In this document: positions 1 through 12,236 of the stretch, piece after piece
Numbering within the stretch: the first letter of the stretch is position 1
Layout of the letters: each line of letters opens with the position of its first letter
NCBI GenBank assembly: GCA_002633005.1
Contig: NMRA01000532.1
Location: 1-64,000 of the forward strand
DNA length: 64,000 bases
Direction of reading: 5' to 3'
Source of the DNA: Phoronis australis
Taxonomy: Eukaryota > Animalia > Phoronida
Made by a program: the position numbers and the translations under genes
Notes under the pieces: model-generated
Seen by the model: only the letters and a program-made list of their open reading frames with translations
Told to the model about the DNA's origin: nothing
Database searches by the model: none

Positions 1-1508
1 TACAAAGGGATGTTGAATGTAACCATGCCAAAAATTGAACTTTGACACTTGGCTTACCTCAAAATCCAACTGCTGCCTGTGGTTTGGTAATTGGCTCAAT
101 TATGTTGCACACCCAGCGGAATGAACGAGGAACATCGGGTGGCAACATTATACAATTTTGTCAGGTTGTAAAGCTCGTATTTCTTGTACAGGTTTCAAAA
201 ATATAAAATCCTGCTCGTGTACTTTTTATGGACTTTTTCCTGTTTAAAAGCTTTCAAAACGCAAACTTAAAATACTAATGCCACACCCAATGTGGTTATG
301 ATGGGTCTGATTTTCTAGATAACGGTAACATCAGCAGCCCAAGGCAATGTTATTAACTGCTGCAGCATGGTGTCATTGATCAATGCCAAGGTGCGAAAAC
401 CGGTCGAGTTTGCCATTCTTGACCAGTGAGGGTGTCAAAATGTCTAAATCTCCACTATTATAACTCACGTGTGGCTTAGCATCCACTTCTAATATATGTA
501 AGTGGGACGTACTCAAGGGTGTTCTCAGTCAAACAAGAGTCCCGCAAAAGCTAAGTTTCCAAAATGTATGTGTCACGTCAATTCATTTTTCAGTTATTCG
601 TGCTGGAAAAGACACAATAAAGAAATTATGAAATGGTTTTCTATTTTTTTATGCCATCACAGTTATAGTACTTACATGAGTGCAAAAGAGGTCAAGATAT
701 TCTGTTAAGAAACTCGACTTTTCTCAAAACTTCTAAATTTTTGTGCGGCCTTGGTCGGCTTAATGCCCACTTGCTGATTTTTATGTGTCTCAATTTGAGT
801 GCCCAACTGCATTTATGTTAATGTGTATGAGTAAGGTAATAATTGTGAACTTGTAGTAATTGATCATTCTTGGCTTTTTTTTATTTCTTTAGGTTAGTAT
901 CTTTGTGACCATCACCGCCTGTCATTGACGATGATGCCGCCTGTCATCGACCATCAGCCAATCGACTGCATGCATTAATGAACATGACATCTACGCTTGC
1001 CCTCATCGACTAGTGGCGTATTGACTACACCAAAGAATGACACCTGCCTGCCATCAACTGTGCATAGTAAAGATGAACTGAAGTTCAGGGAGTTCTTTTA
1101 CACCTTTAGTGCTAATCATACTTAGAAGGTTTCACAGGCAAGTTTGGCCGAATGCCAACTGCCCAAATTTACAAATTTTGACATTTGAATGTTTACACTT
1201 TGCGTATATGTCCACATTTAATTTCTACACCTGCATGAGACTTTCATAAAAGTGTGTCTTTGGGAGTCCCAGTTTGCCAAAAATTTTAGCTCCAAAAATA
1301 GTTATTTTGGTAACTCGTAATTTCATGTAAATCCATTTCACGGTTCACGACAACCACCCGAAGTAGTTTGGCAGATGGGCGAGGAATTCATGGTCATAAC
1401 CGCTAATTCTGTCATCATGTTGGGGAATTCCAGGTCGTTCTGGTTGATCACTGTGCTGTGTACTGTGCTGTCCGCATATCAACTGTGCATGTATCGGCGA
1501 CTGTCCAT

Positions 1509-1781
1509 NNNNNNNNNNNNNNNNNNNNNNNNNNNNNNNNNNNNNNNNNNNNNNNNNNNNNNNNNNNNNNNNNNNNNNNNNNNNNNNNNNNNNNNNNNNN
1601 NNNNNNNNNNNNNNNNNNNNNNNNNNNNNNNNNNNNNNNNNNNNNNNNNNNNNNNNNNNNNNNNNNNNNNNNNNNNNNNNNNNNNNNNNNNNNNNNNNNN
1701 NNNNNNNNNNNNNNNNNNNNNNNNNNNNNNNNNNNNNNNNNNNNNNNNNNNNNNNNNNNNNNNNNNNNNNNNNNNNNNNNN
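1509..1781. other. Assembly gap with duplicated flanks (1072-1508 vs 1784-2224)
   Basis: N run; the segment is single-copy in repeat copy 2. Confidence 0.9.
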
Positions 1782-2040
1782 ACAGATGAACTGAGGTTCA
1801 GGGAGTTCTTTTACACGTACCTTTAGTGCTAATCATACTTAGAAGGTTTCACAGGCAAGTTTGGCCGAATGCCAAGAGCCCAAATTTACAAATTTTGACA
1901 TTCAAATGTTCACACTTTGCGTAGTGTCCACATTTAATTTCTACACCTGCATGAGACTTTCATAAAAGTGTGTCTTTGGGAGTCCCAGTTTGCCAAAAAT
2001 TTTAGCTCCAAAAATACTTATTTTGGTAACTCGTAATTTC

Positions 2041-3883
2041 ATGTAAATCCATTTCACAGTTCACGACAACCACCCGAAGTAGTTTGGCAGATGGGCGAGG
2101 AATTCATGGTCATAACCGCTAATTCTGTCATCATGTTGGGGAATTCCAGGTCGTTCTGGTTGATCACTGTGCTATGTACTGTGCTGTCCGCATATCAACT
2201 GTGCATGTATCGGCGACTGTCCATTGATCGAAGATTGCCGTTTAATCTCTGAGTATCGGCTGTTCGTGTGTTGATGCCTTGGGTCAACTGGTCGCATATC
2301 AACCATCCACTTCCCGAGGAATGTCTATACATTGAAGATCGCCATCTGCTGTCTACATATCGAACATTCACGTATCAAAGGAGCATTCAGATATCGAGGA
2401 TTGGTATCTTCTGTCCACAAACTGATTGTTCACGCATCAATGTCTGCCATCGGCTGTTCACATATCGATTGTCCACACACTGAGTAGCATCCCACATCAC
2501 GGATTGCCATCTGTCGTTCGCATGTCAACCTTCCACACATAGAGGAACGTCCACATATCCAGGATTGCCATCGACTGTTTGTGTATCGGCTACCCACACA
2601 TTGTGGAACTTCCAGACATTCGAGGATTGCCCTCTTCTGTCCGTATGTTGACCATCCACATATCGAGAACTGTTCATGTATCAAAGATTGCCATCTTCTG
2701 TGCACATGTCAACCATCCACACACTGAGAAATGTTCACTTATCAAGGATGACCTTCTACTGTCTACAAACCACCTGTTCACGCAACGATGTCTACCATCA
2801 GCCATTAGCATTTCGATCTTCTTCACATCAAGGAATGTTCACACATCTAGGATTTTCATCTCCCATCCTCCTGCTGACCATAGTTCCATTGATGTTTGCC
2901 CTTGATCATATGCATCTTGACTGTCCCCCCACCGGGATAGTCAATATGCATATGGTCAATGGACTGTATGTATAATGACTGTCCCGGTGGGGGGACAGTC
3001 ATTATGCATACGGTGGATGGCAGGCATCACTGGACACATGATCGGTAGGTGAATGGTAGTTGACGATTCTAGCTGTGTGAATGTTCCACGATGTGTGGAA
3101 GGTTGTTATGCGGATGGCCAATGGTAGATGTTGTTGTGGGAACAGTTGTTTTGTGGCCGGTAGATGGTGAACCTTGATGAGTGGATGTTTATCGGTGTGA
3201 AGGTGGTTGATATGTGTACGAAAGATGGCGATCCTTGATGCATGGACATTTCTTGGTATGGGGAAGGTTGACATATAGATAGTAGATGGTAATGCTTGAA
3301 TGAATGGATGTTCCACGATATGTGGGCTGTCGATATGCAAACAGTTGAAGGTAATCTTGGATATGGGATGTTCCACTATGCGTGGATGGTTGACATGTGT
3401 ACAACAGATGACAATCTTTGATGCTAGGATGTTTCTTGGTGTTTGGAGGATCGTCATGCGAACAGTTGATGACAGCCATTGATGTGCAAACAGTCGGTTT
3501 GTGGACAGAAGATGACGACCCTCGATGTGTGGATGCAGGCCTTGATATGTGAATGATCGGTATGTAGATGTTAGATGGTGAACTTTGATGCATGGATGTT
3601 CCTCGATGTGTGAATGGTTGACATGCGAACAGTTGATATCAGGTGTCGATGTTCGAACAGTTTTTATTTGGAGATTAGACGGAAGGCTTTGATGTATGGA
3701 CACTCTTTGATGCCTGCACAGTTGATATAGGGATTCCATAATACACTGCAAAGGGATCAGATGAATTGATCGAGAATTCACCAATAAGATGGCCGAATTA
3801 GCTCTAAGTGAACAGAACTTCCTGCTGATTCAGTCTCAGTACTTCTGCTGGCTACGTCGTAAACTATTAATATGTTTAACATC
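2041..3883 (+). ncRNA. Putative ~1.8-kb rod-like hairpin RNA (long inverted repeat, 4-nt apical loop at 2958-2961), copy 1
   Basis: Arms pair in register (2957:2962, 2919:3000, 2118:3802) at roughly 70% identity, with transition mismatches mostly G:U-compatible on +. The inverted repeat is certain; RNA function is inferred. Confidence 0.55.
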
Positions 3884-6800
3884 CATGTATCGAGAAATAT
3901 CCAAACTATTGTTTGTGCATTAATGATCGTGCACTATGATTGTTTGAAAAATGGATAAGGTCACTGGCAATTTGACAGTTTGGGTTAACAGCCATCCCCG
4001 ATTATCTCAAAAATTCTCCTTAGGCATTGATGCGCGGCTTAACTTGCATGTCACCGTGATGGGCACTTATCTTGTAGTTAATTTGGTGATTATCAGATCT
4101 TTTCAGCATGATGCCCTGTGGTAGTGTCGTCTGCTCACCATCCGTGTAACCTGGATCACCATCTGCAGACCTTCACCTATACTGATGCAAGTGTTAATGA
4201 GTTTCAAGACCGTGAGTTGTGTTATGACAATGTTGTTACTGTATAAAAAAGAACTGAAGGTGTTCAGGGACACCAATCCCTAGTTTCAGCCATTCACTCT
4301 AGTAAAGAGGATGATGGGATTGCAGATGGCTATATGTACCGTCAACAATCTGACTTCCAGCATCAGCACATATGATTGACAGCTATCGATGGGCAAGGTA
4401 ATATGAATGTATGAGGACATGTTTAGGATGAGTGTGACAATATGCCGAGGCATGAATGTGATGATGACGACAACGATGTACGTGAGTGTGTGCATTATGA
4501 GTTTTTTGCATGACGGGATGTCAATCAAGTTAAATAGGTAAAAGTCTTCCTCGTGAAAATGGTAAAACTTTCCTGTCAATTTTTTTCACGACAGGATGTC
4601 CATCAGGTTAAAGGGGTAAAATCTTCCCCCATGAAAAGCTGAAACTTTCGTTGAGTTTTCTCAACAGAGGATGTTACTTGAGGGGAGATTAGCGCCACTG
4701 CTACTGAACTGAAGAAACAGCGGATCATTAAATTCAGTCTTGCAAACTGGGTAAAGTCTTGCCTGGTGGGTTGATGACAATTCTTTAAGTGTCAGTGGTT
4801 AATGAATCCAGAACGTGTGACGAATTAATTGTGAAATGATATGAAACTGAAGAACCCATGATATGCTGTGACTAAATTGAAACCATTGAGTGACAAAGCT
4901 AATTGCGAAAAATAAATGAACCCAAAACATACGAAAATTAATGAACCAAGGAAGTGCGAGTTAATGACAAAAACCTGAAAAAGAGTGTAAACCAAACGAA
5001 ACTATGAAATATGAAAAATTGATGGACCAATGAAATGGGAAACTTTAATGAATTCATAAATTATCACAAGGCTTAGAAGGTGTAACGAACCAACTGAACT
5101 TGTAAAATGAGAGGGTGACATATAAAGACATGCTGGTAAAAACCCACTTGAAAAAGCAAGAACCCATAAAATGTTGAGTGTGATGAATAAAATGGGAGAA
5201 ATAACTGAATCCACAGAATGTGAGAATTTATGAATGAACAAAATGCTACTCAAACAAACCTGTGGTTGCCCAAATTAAACGCAAGCGATAAATCTGTAAA
5301 ATGCTATGACTAAATAAAACCACTGAGAGCAATGAAGGAAAATGTGAAAAACAAATGGAGGAAATACCAGGGTATATTCACACACTGTAAATAAGTTAAG
5401 TCTGGACTGTTGAGTAAAGGTACTAAATTCTTTGCCATCAATATGTTTCCAGGTAAAAGAGAAATTCCTTACCCCAAGGAAATTCGAGGAGATGAAAGCA
5501 AACAAAGTGGGCTGGAACAGCGACTAGTTATTGAATTTGTAAAATCTGAAAAATTAAAGAAAAGTGCAAAAACAGGATGATCTTGTAATGAAATGAGAAA
5601 ATTAAGAAAACCACAATAGACATTGAAAAATTTACAAAATGTGTATAAAATGATCGCTAAAAAACAAAAAGTAAAGTACAGTCATGGATGAGTGAAGGGA
5701 TTAATTGCTAAAAAGTCATGAAACAGGTGTTCAGTGATGAACTTGAAATTATGCAAAAATTACCAATTATTGAATTACTAGGTCATAAGGCAATGATCCC
5801 ACCAAAATGAAATGGCAAAATGCGATGGACGTAATGAACACACCAAATAGATGAACTTGCAAAATGTGGTATTACTGATGCACAAGGACACCTATATGCT
5901 GGCAAAAACCAGTTAATATAAGAAAAATTTGCTAAGCTAATGAAACTTTAATTAATGGAACGAGCGAATGATGACTATGTAAAACGAGTCCTGTAGCAGG
6001 ACTGATAGACCAACAAAGGTGCAGAGAGGAATTGTTTGATAAAAGAACAGTCATCTGATCAGCTATATCTGGAATACATGAGAATAATAACTCGGTGAGA
6101 GAAAGCTTATGCATATGGTAGACAGTGCTTGATGAGATCCATTGTCGACATGCCAAGTTTAGGTAAATACTATCAAGGAAAGCAGGAGATACAACACAGA
6201 TAATCAATAAAAGGAACAGGACCCCTTGGAAAATCTCAAGAACTGAAAGTCTACGAAAAACAATTGGCAAAATTCAGATGGTAGTACTTTATGCAACCTT
6301 ATTCATACACCAAATTTCAAAAAATCCCATGTTTCCGTAATGCAGCAAACTGAGAAATAGATGTCACTGCACCATCTCGCATCACTCAAACAATAGGCCT
6401 TGAGCTAATACAGTAACCTGGAGTGTGAATTTCATGTCGATCTAGTAGGTGAAAAAGTGACCTGTAGCACGAGTGTCATACAAACATAGGTGCAGAAAGG
6501 AATTGGTTAATAACAGAGCAGTCATCTGAATATTGAGTATTTCAATAACAGTAAGTTGAATTAAAACTAATACTGCAACGCATATATCACTTCATGAGGT
6601 CCAGCCATCTGCCTAACTTCAGAAAAATACAGCAATGCCACATCTTGGCAATGTGAAATATCGAAAAACGGCCATCACATGCCATCTTGAATTCCAACCA
6701 AAAACAGTTGAGCTTGAGCTATGAACAAGATGCATGTCAACTGGATAAGAAATTCGACCTGTTGCATGATGGTAGTATGATAGAGCAACACTAAGGCTTT

Positions 6801-9749
6801 GTCAATAAAAGAACAATGATCTAAAGAGAAGAGCAAATTTGAGTGAGAAGCATAAGATGCAGTGCTTGACAAAATTGTTTACATATTAATCATTTTGAGA
6901 AAGATTCATCGAGGGATGCCAGCATGAAAAGTCATTCAACTGAACAGCTGTACCCGAAAAATCCTGAATAACGCGAGATCTGTTGTTGCAAAAGCTAGAT
7001 AGACTATTTATGATAGTCTGCTCTTGAAGAGATTCATCCACATTTACCAACTTTCAAAGAATTTTTTTTCTCCCATTGATGATAGAGCTGTAGCTTCACC
7101 AATCAAAATATCCAAAACAATTGGCCTTTAACTTTGAATGAGACAGTTGTGCGTAATTACATGTTAAGTGGATAAGAAATGCTGTCTGTATCATGCAAAC
7201 AAAGATAAGAAGGTACTCATCCTCTCTTTAATATGTTTGACTAGAGACATCTAATTTATGTTTGGCATATGTGCCGTAATGAACATAGACCATGCGTCAG
7301 GGAAGGTCTGTTATCAGAAATAAATAGGATAGATGGATTTGGGAAAATGTCATTTATTATGATGCAACAGTGAAAATAATGCAAAATACAGTCTTTGAAA
7401 AGAAGGGCATAAAAAATAATAAACAAGAGATGTTTGGGACAGTGCAGGCTCATCTGAGACTAATAGGTTTTTAAGGTGCTGCTCTGAATGGATTTGCCTT
7501 GTGTTATCAACTGTTTCGGACGTTCGGGGTGCCGAAGTGTAGTACATTTCTATACATACATTTTAACATGTAGCAGAGAAGTGTAATAAACCAATAGAAC
7601 TTGCAAGTCTGTTTTTGACTTGCAAAACCAGCTATTTGAGAGATCTGACAACCATTTCAAGGCTATTGTGTGTGAGTTGAATTTTTCGAGACCACTGAAA
7701 AGTTTGCGAAACCAATGCTGAAAAAGTGAACTACACCATTGAACTTAGACGTGGAATGAAGGCATCGAAATAGCCTTCACTTGGAACCGAATCATAAACT
7801 GAGAATCTAGTATACTACGTTCGAACAGTATGTAACATTAACTTTCAACTTGCATAAAGGTTCTTATGGATGAGTACTGTGCGAATTCAAGGCAGATACG
7901 GATCGTATCATTGAGACAATCATTTCTAGCTGTTCAGAAGCAGTAAAAATGAAACTGACTGAAACTGAGTAATCTCAACTGAGACTTGACTGTGGACAAA
8001 ACTACAGCACATACTGCCTAATGTCTTCTCAAGTTTGTAGTATGGACGAGTTGCTGTTCAAACAAATTGTAAGACTGCGTAGACATCAGTCCCACCCATG
8101 TATACAGTGCCACATCCCCAAGTTGTGATAATGAAAATCACCAGGCAAGAACTTTGCAAAAACCAAACCATGAACTGATGAGTTTATACCTGTCATATTT
8201 GAGTGCGCGTGATGCGAAGGTTGTCGAGATGGGTAATAAAAAGTGCAGCACTTGGGTAAGAGAAACCACCGAAAAAGGGGGTAGTAATGGGTGGGAAAAA
8301 ATGAAGAGAGATTAAACTCAAATGCAAGTGCTGCTAATGCGAAGGAATGACAGGAAACATATGGTTACTGAGAACAAAAGGCACGTGATAATCATCAACC
8401 TATAGGTGCCAGAAGCGACCAAACTCGAGGCACAAGACAGAAACAACCAATAGTGAGCCTGGGAAAGAAATGTCCTAGTGCGCTGTGTGTGTGTGCAAAA
8501 GAGCCATATGCGAATCTACACAAGCGATTAATGGACCAGTCCGGAAGCAGGAAAAAGGGGTTCATATTCTCACATTAATATGTTTAACGAGTGAAACAGT
8601 ATTTACATTTGAAGTATGTCTCGAAAATAAAAGGTGTGTCGCAAGCTGTTTCCAGAGATAAAAGGAGACCTGATATAAAAATTGTAAAATTATGGAATTC
8701 ATTGTCACTGACAAGTAATTTACCATGTGTTGCGTTTGTGAGAAAAAAAAGTGTGATTCTTTGTTGAATTGCGCCAAACACCATTGTATAATATGTTGGT
8801 GCAACAAAATAGGGACTTGACCACTGCTTGTCACAATGAACTAAAGGCATTATTAATTGAACAAAACAATGCATCAAGTTAATGGAGTTTTGTGAAATGC
8901 AATAATTGAATGTGTCTGTAGAGTGTCATTAAATAAACAGAGAAATAAATGACCTGTAAAATACTAAATATAATTGAATTCATGAAATTGAGGGAAATAA
9001 AATTCTGCAATCTCATTGATAAACAAGCGTTTCAAGTGGTAAAGAATCCATGAAATGCATCAAGTAAATGGCGTCTTGAGCTACAGCAAGATAATGAAAC
9101 TGAAATTACATGAATTAATGAACTCTCAAATGTGTAAAATGCAGCTATCGAAGGAATGTATTTAATGATAAATCATTAAAAGTTGAGAAATTATTGGTTT
9201 GTTAAAAGCAGTTTTGGAGTACGGAACAAATTAATAATCCCTCAAAATATCACAATCATTAAGCTGTTGTAGTATGACAGAACCCGTAAAATGAACTCAA
9301 TATAGTGTGAAGAAGCAAAATTCTAACTATAAGTGAATCTATAAAATGTAAAAAACAAGTGACCCACAAAAGACGAGTTAATAAACAAGTACAACATGAG
9401 GGTAACCGTAAACGTGAGGGTAACCAAAGTCTCGGAAATTTAAATCGTAAGATGCATCATGGAGTGAAGAAGTAGTGCATCAATTTCCGTGAAGTACGAC
9501 AATTTAATGACTCTGTAGACTGTCATGAAATGAACACAGAAATAAATAACCTGTAAAATTTCAAAAATAAGGAACTGGAACTTGGGAATTAATGAACCCC
9601 TAATCTGTCGGGGATAAAGAAACATTTCATGTGGTAAAGGACCAAGATATGCAACAAATCAATAGGGACCTGAGGTACTGCCAAGTGAATGATATTGGGA
9701 AATTTCTTTGAATAAATGAATCTTCAAAACGTGTTGAATGAACAAGCTG

Positions 9750-11455
9750 ACAACTGATTGAGCCCATCAAATGCATTGAATTACTGAATTCTTAAAATTT
9801 ATGAAATGAACAATTAAGTGCAAAGTAATGAATTAATACAGCCAGAATGTGGTACATTGAAAGTAAATTGAAATTGGATTAAATAAACAAGTGAAAAAAG
9901 GAAAGTAGGGATGGTGAATGAGCAGGTGAAAACAAACCAAATAGCGAATTGACTTTAAATTCAGCTCAAGGAAACACGTTGATCAAACGTGGCTATCAAA
10001 AACCATAGCCTTCTTTACATCAGTATTCTTTCAAGGAACTGACAGACACAGCTCTGGCTAAAACTAAAGTTCATTCACTGTCCTGAGGCTTAAGGGCAAT
10101 GCAGCATTTTTTTCTGCGAGAAGTCATCTGCTAGCATTTGATTCGGTTTACATTTATTTTATGCTGCATCGAATGGTGGTTCCTTTTTTCACAAACTATA
10201 AAATTATGGAATTCTTTGTTGTCGCTGACAATTATCATTGTGTCTCCATTATGTGAGTGAAGCAAGTTGCGTTTCTTGGTTGGATTGAGTCATACACCAG
10301 TGTATAACATGCTGAAACAACACAATGTGTGATTTTGTGTACACAACAAGTTATAAGAGAAATCTTAAATGTTAAGCGAATGAAAAATAGAGACAGCTCA
10401 TTGAACCAATCAAATGCATTGAATTACTGAATTCTGAAAACTTCTAAAATTAACAATTAAGTGCAAAGTCAAAAATTAATACAGCCAGAACATAGTACAT
10501 TGAAAGTAAATTAAATTAATCGAAAGTGCAAAATAAACATGTGAAAAAAGGAAAGTAGGGATGGTGAATGACCAGGTGACAAAAGATGAATAGCAAATTG
10601 ACTTTAAATTCAGCCCAAGGAAACATGTTGACCAAACATGGCTATCAAAACTGTAGCCTTATTTACATCAGTATTCTTCAAAGGAACTGACAGACTCACC
10701 TGGGCCCGGTCTCCAATCTTTTTACTCGAAATGGAACTCGAAATTAGGTTTGGCATTTCTACACTACTTTTGGGCAAACTCAAGATAAGTGTCTATTATT
10801 CTATGCTCGAGTACACAATAACTTACGTAGATAATTTATTGACGTTAGTTCACATTTTGTAAACCCAATATTAAAGCAATTAAAGAAATTTCGAGTTTTT
10901 ACTCGAGTTTGCATAAACTACTATATATTCGAGCACAATCTGACAACCAATTATCTTAAGTTTGCACAAAAGGAGCAGAGAAATTGCCAAAAATAGTTTC
11001 AAGTTCGTTTCGAGTACAAAGATTAGAGACCGGGCCCAGGTTAAAACTAAATTCATTCACTGTCCTGAGGCTTAAGGGCATGCAGCATTTTTTTCAATAC
11101 TCTATTGGGAGAAGTGATTTGGTTGGGTTTACAATTATTTTATGCTGCATCAAGTGCTGGTTCCTTTTTTCACAAATTGTAAAATTATGGAATTCAGTGT
11201 TATCACTGACAATTGCCATTTTGTCTCCATTATATGAGGAAAGCAACTTGTGTTTCTTGGTTGGATTGTGCCATACACCAGACTGAGTGTATAACATGCT
11301 GAAACAGCACAATGAGTGATTTTGTGTACACCACAAGTTATAAGAGTGATCTTAACAAACCAAAGAATGTAATGAAATTAGAAAGGAGTAATGCTTCATG
11401 AATAGAACAAATAAGTGCATTGAATTAATGGAGCTGTGTGAAATGGCACAAAGGA
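9750..11455 (+). repeat. Tandem ~650-bp modules (A/B dimer) of the composite unit
   Basis: Anchor gtgaaaaaaggaaagtagggatggtgaatga at 9891, 10541, 50804, 51452, 53300, 53950 and inverted near 56228, 56851, 61830, 62428. Confidence 0.92.
10703..11036. mobile_element. MITE, probably PIF/Harbinger-type with CWG flanks
   Basis: ~45-bp TIRs (GGCCCGGTCTCYAATCTTT.TACTCGAAA...), flanked by CTG/CAG; absent from sister modules (e.g. 51601-51625). Confidence 0.85.
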
Positions 11456-11665
11456 CCTCTGATTCGTCGATTCAATCGAGGCCTCTGATTGGTCGATTGA
11501 ATCGAGGCCTCTGATTGGTCGATTGAATCGAGGCCTCTGATTGGTCGGTTGAATCGAGGCCTCTGATTGGTCGATTCAATCGAGGCCTCTGATTGGTCGG
11601 TTGAATCGAGGCCTCTGATTGGTCGATTCAATCGAGGCCTCTGATTGGTCGATTGAATCGAGGCC
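11456..11665. repeat. 26-bp minisatellite (CCTCTGATTGGTCGRTTSAATCGAGG) x ~8
   Basis: Near-perfect tandem units visible directly. Confidence 0.97.
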
Positions 11666-11726
11666 AGTTGAATCAGATGAATGAAGGTAAAGAATTGTAC
11701 TTCAAATGAATTAATGACAGTGTTTC

Positions 11727-12045
11727 ATTTTTATGTGCCTATATAAACATATACATATCATATGGGCGTCGAGTGTCTGCTACTATATCTCCTAAGCCGC
11801 TAGCACGATCTTTATGAGATTTGGGGGATGTGTTTCTGTGAAGCTGACGACAGATATGACGACAAGTTTTGGACAGATCCAGTCACAGCTGTACTCCTTA
11901 GAAATAATTCTCTTTTTACCATTTGCGTCTGTACCTTTGGGGTTGCTTGTCGGATTTTCATATAATTTCACAAACAAGTATGGGGGAGTTGGCAAGCTCT
12001 TCCCACCTGCAAACGGGTTTGACAAATTTTGTAGTACCTAATGCT
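11727..12045 (+). mobile_element. Short member of the same interspersed family
   Basis: tttttatgtgcc start, ctatatctcctaa...tttatgagatttgg core. Confidence 0.4.
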
Positions 12046-12083
12046 TACCACCCTAGGAAGCATACTGTTTGCGATGCAGTCGT

Positions 12084-12236
12084 CAGTGGCGGATTTTGAG
12101 GGGGGGCCAAGTGGGCTATGCTCCCCTAAAATTCTCCGAGATTCCATTTGGCAGTTCGGGGGTGCGATTGTCTGACGGGCAACATCCCGGCAAATACTTG
12201 GCCCTGACCCCCACCCAAAATCTGGATCCATTGCTG
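12084..12236. mobile_element. Small MITE with CAGTGGCGGAT-type ends and 5-bp TSD
   Basis: GTCGT|cagtggcggat...ggatccattgctg|GTCGT with subterminal G/C runs. Confidence 0.7.

Larger units (their letters stand above)
1..11665 (+). repeat. Large composite non-coding repeat unit, copy 1 (left end outside window)
   Basis: Position 1 aligns with 41790; colinear high identity through to the 26-bp array. Confidence 0.95.

Noticed and set aside
1072-2224. Direct repeats resembling LTRs
   Set aside because: They flank an N gap, are single-copy in copy 2, and lack TG..CA ends, PBS or PPT.
3002-3784. 260-aa His/Ile/Ser-rich ORF on - and overlapping ORFs
   Set aside because: Translation of the ~61-nt repeats; split by a stop in copy 2 (105 + 151 aa); no recognisable domain.
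2041-3883. Endogenised deltavirus/viroid-like genome
   Set aside because: Size and pairing level are similar, but I see no delta-antigen-like ORF or ribozyme, and the arms consist of tandem repeats; kept only as a structural analogy.
8172-8230. CTGATGAG (CTGACGAG in the inverted copy) as a hammerhead ribozyme core
   Set aside because: No stem II followed by GAAA and no flanking stems found.
4286-11336. Numerous 60-110 aa ORFs repeated across the unit copies
   Set aside because: Frames are not preserved between copies, there is no homology signal, and such ORFs are expected from the T-rich strand.
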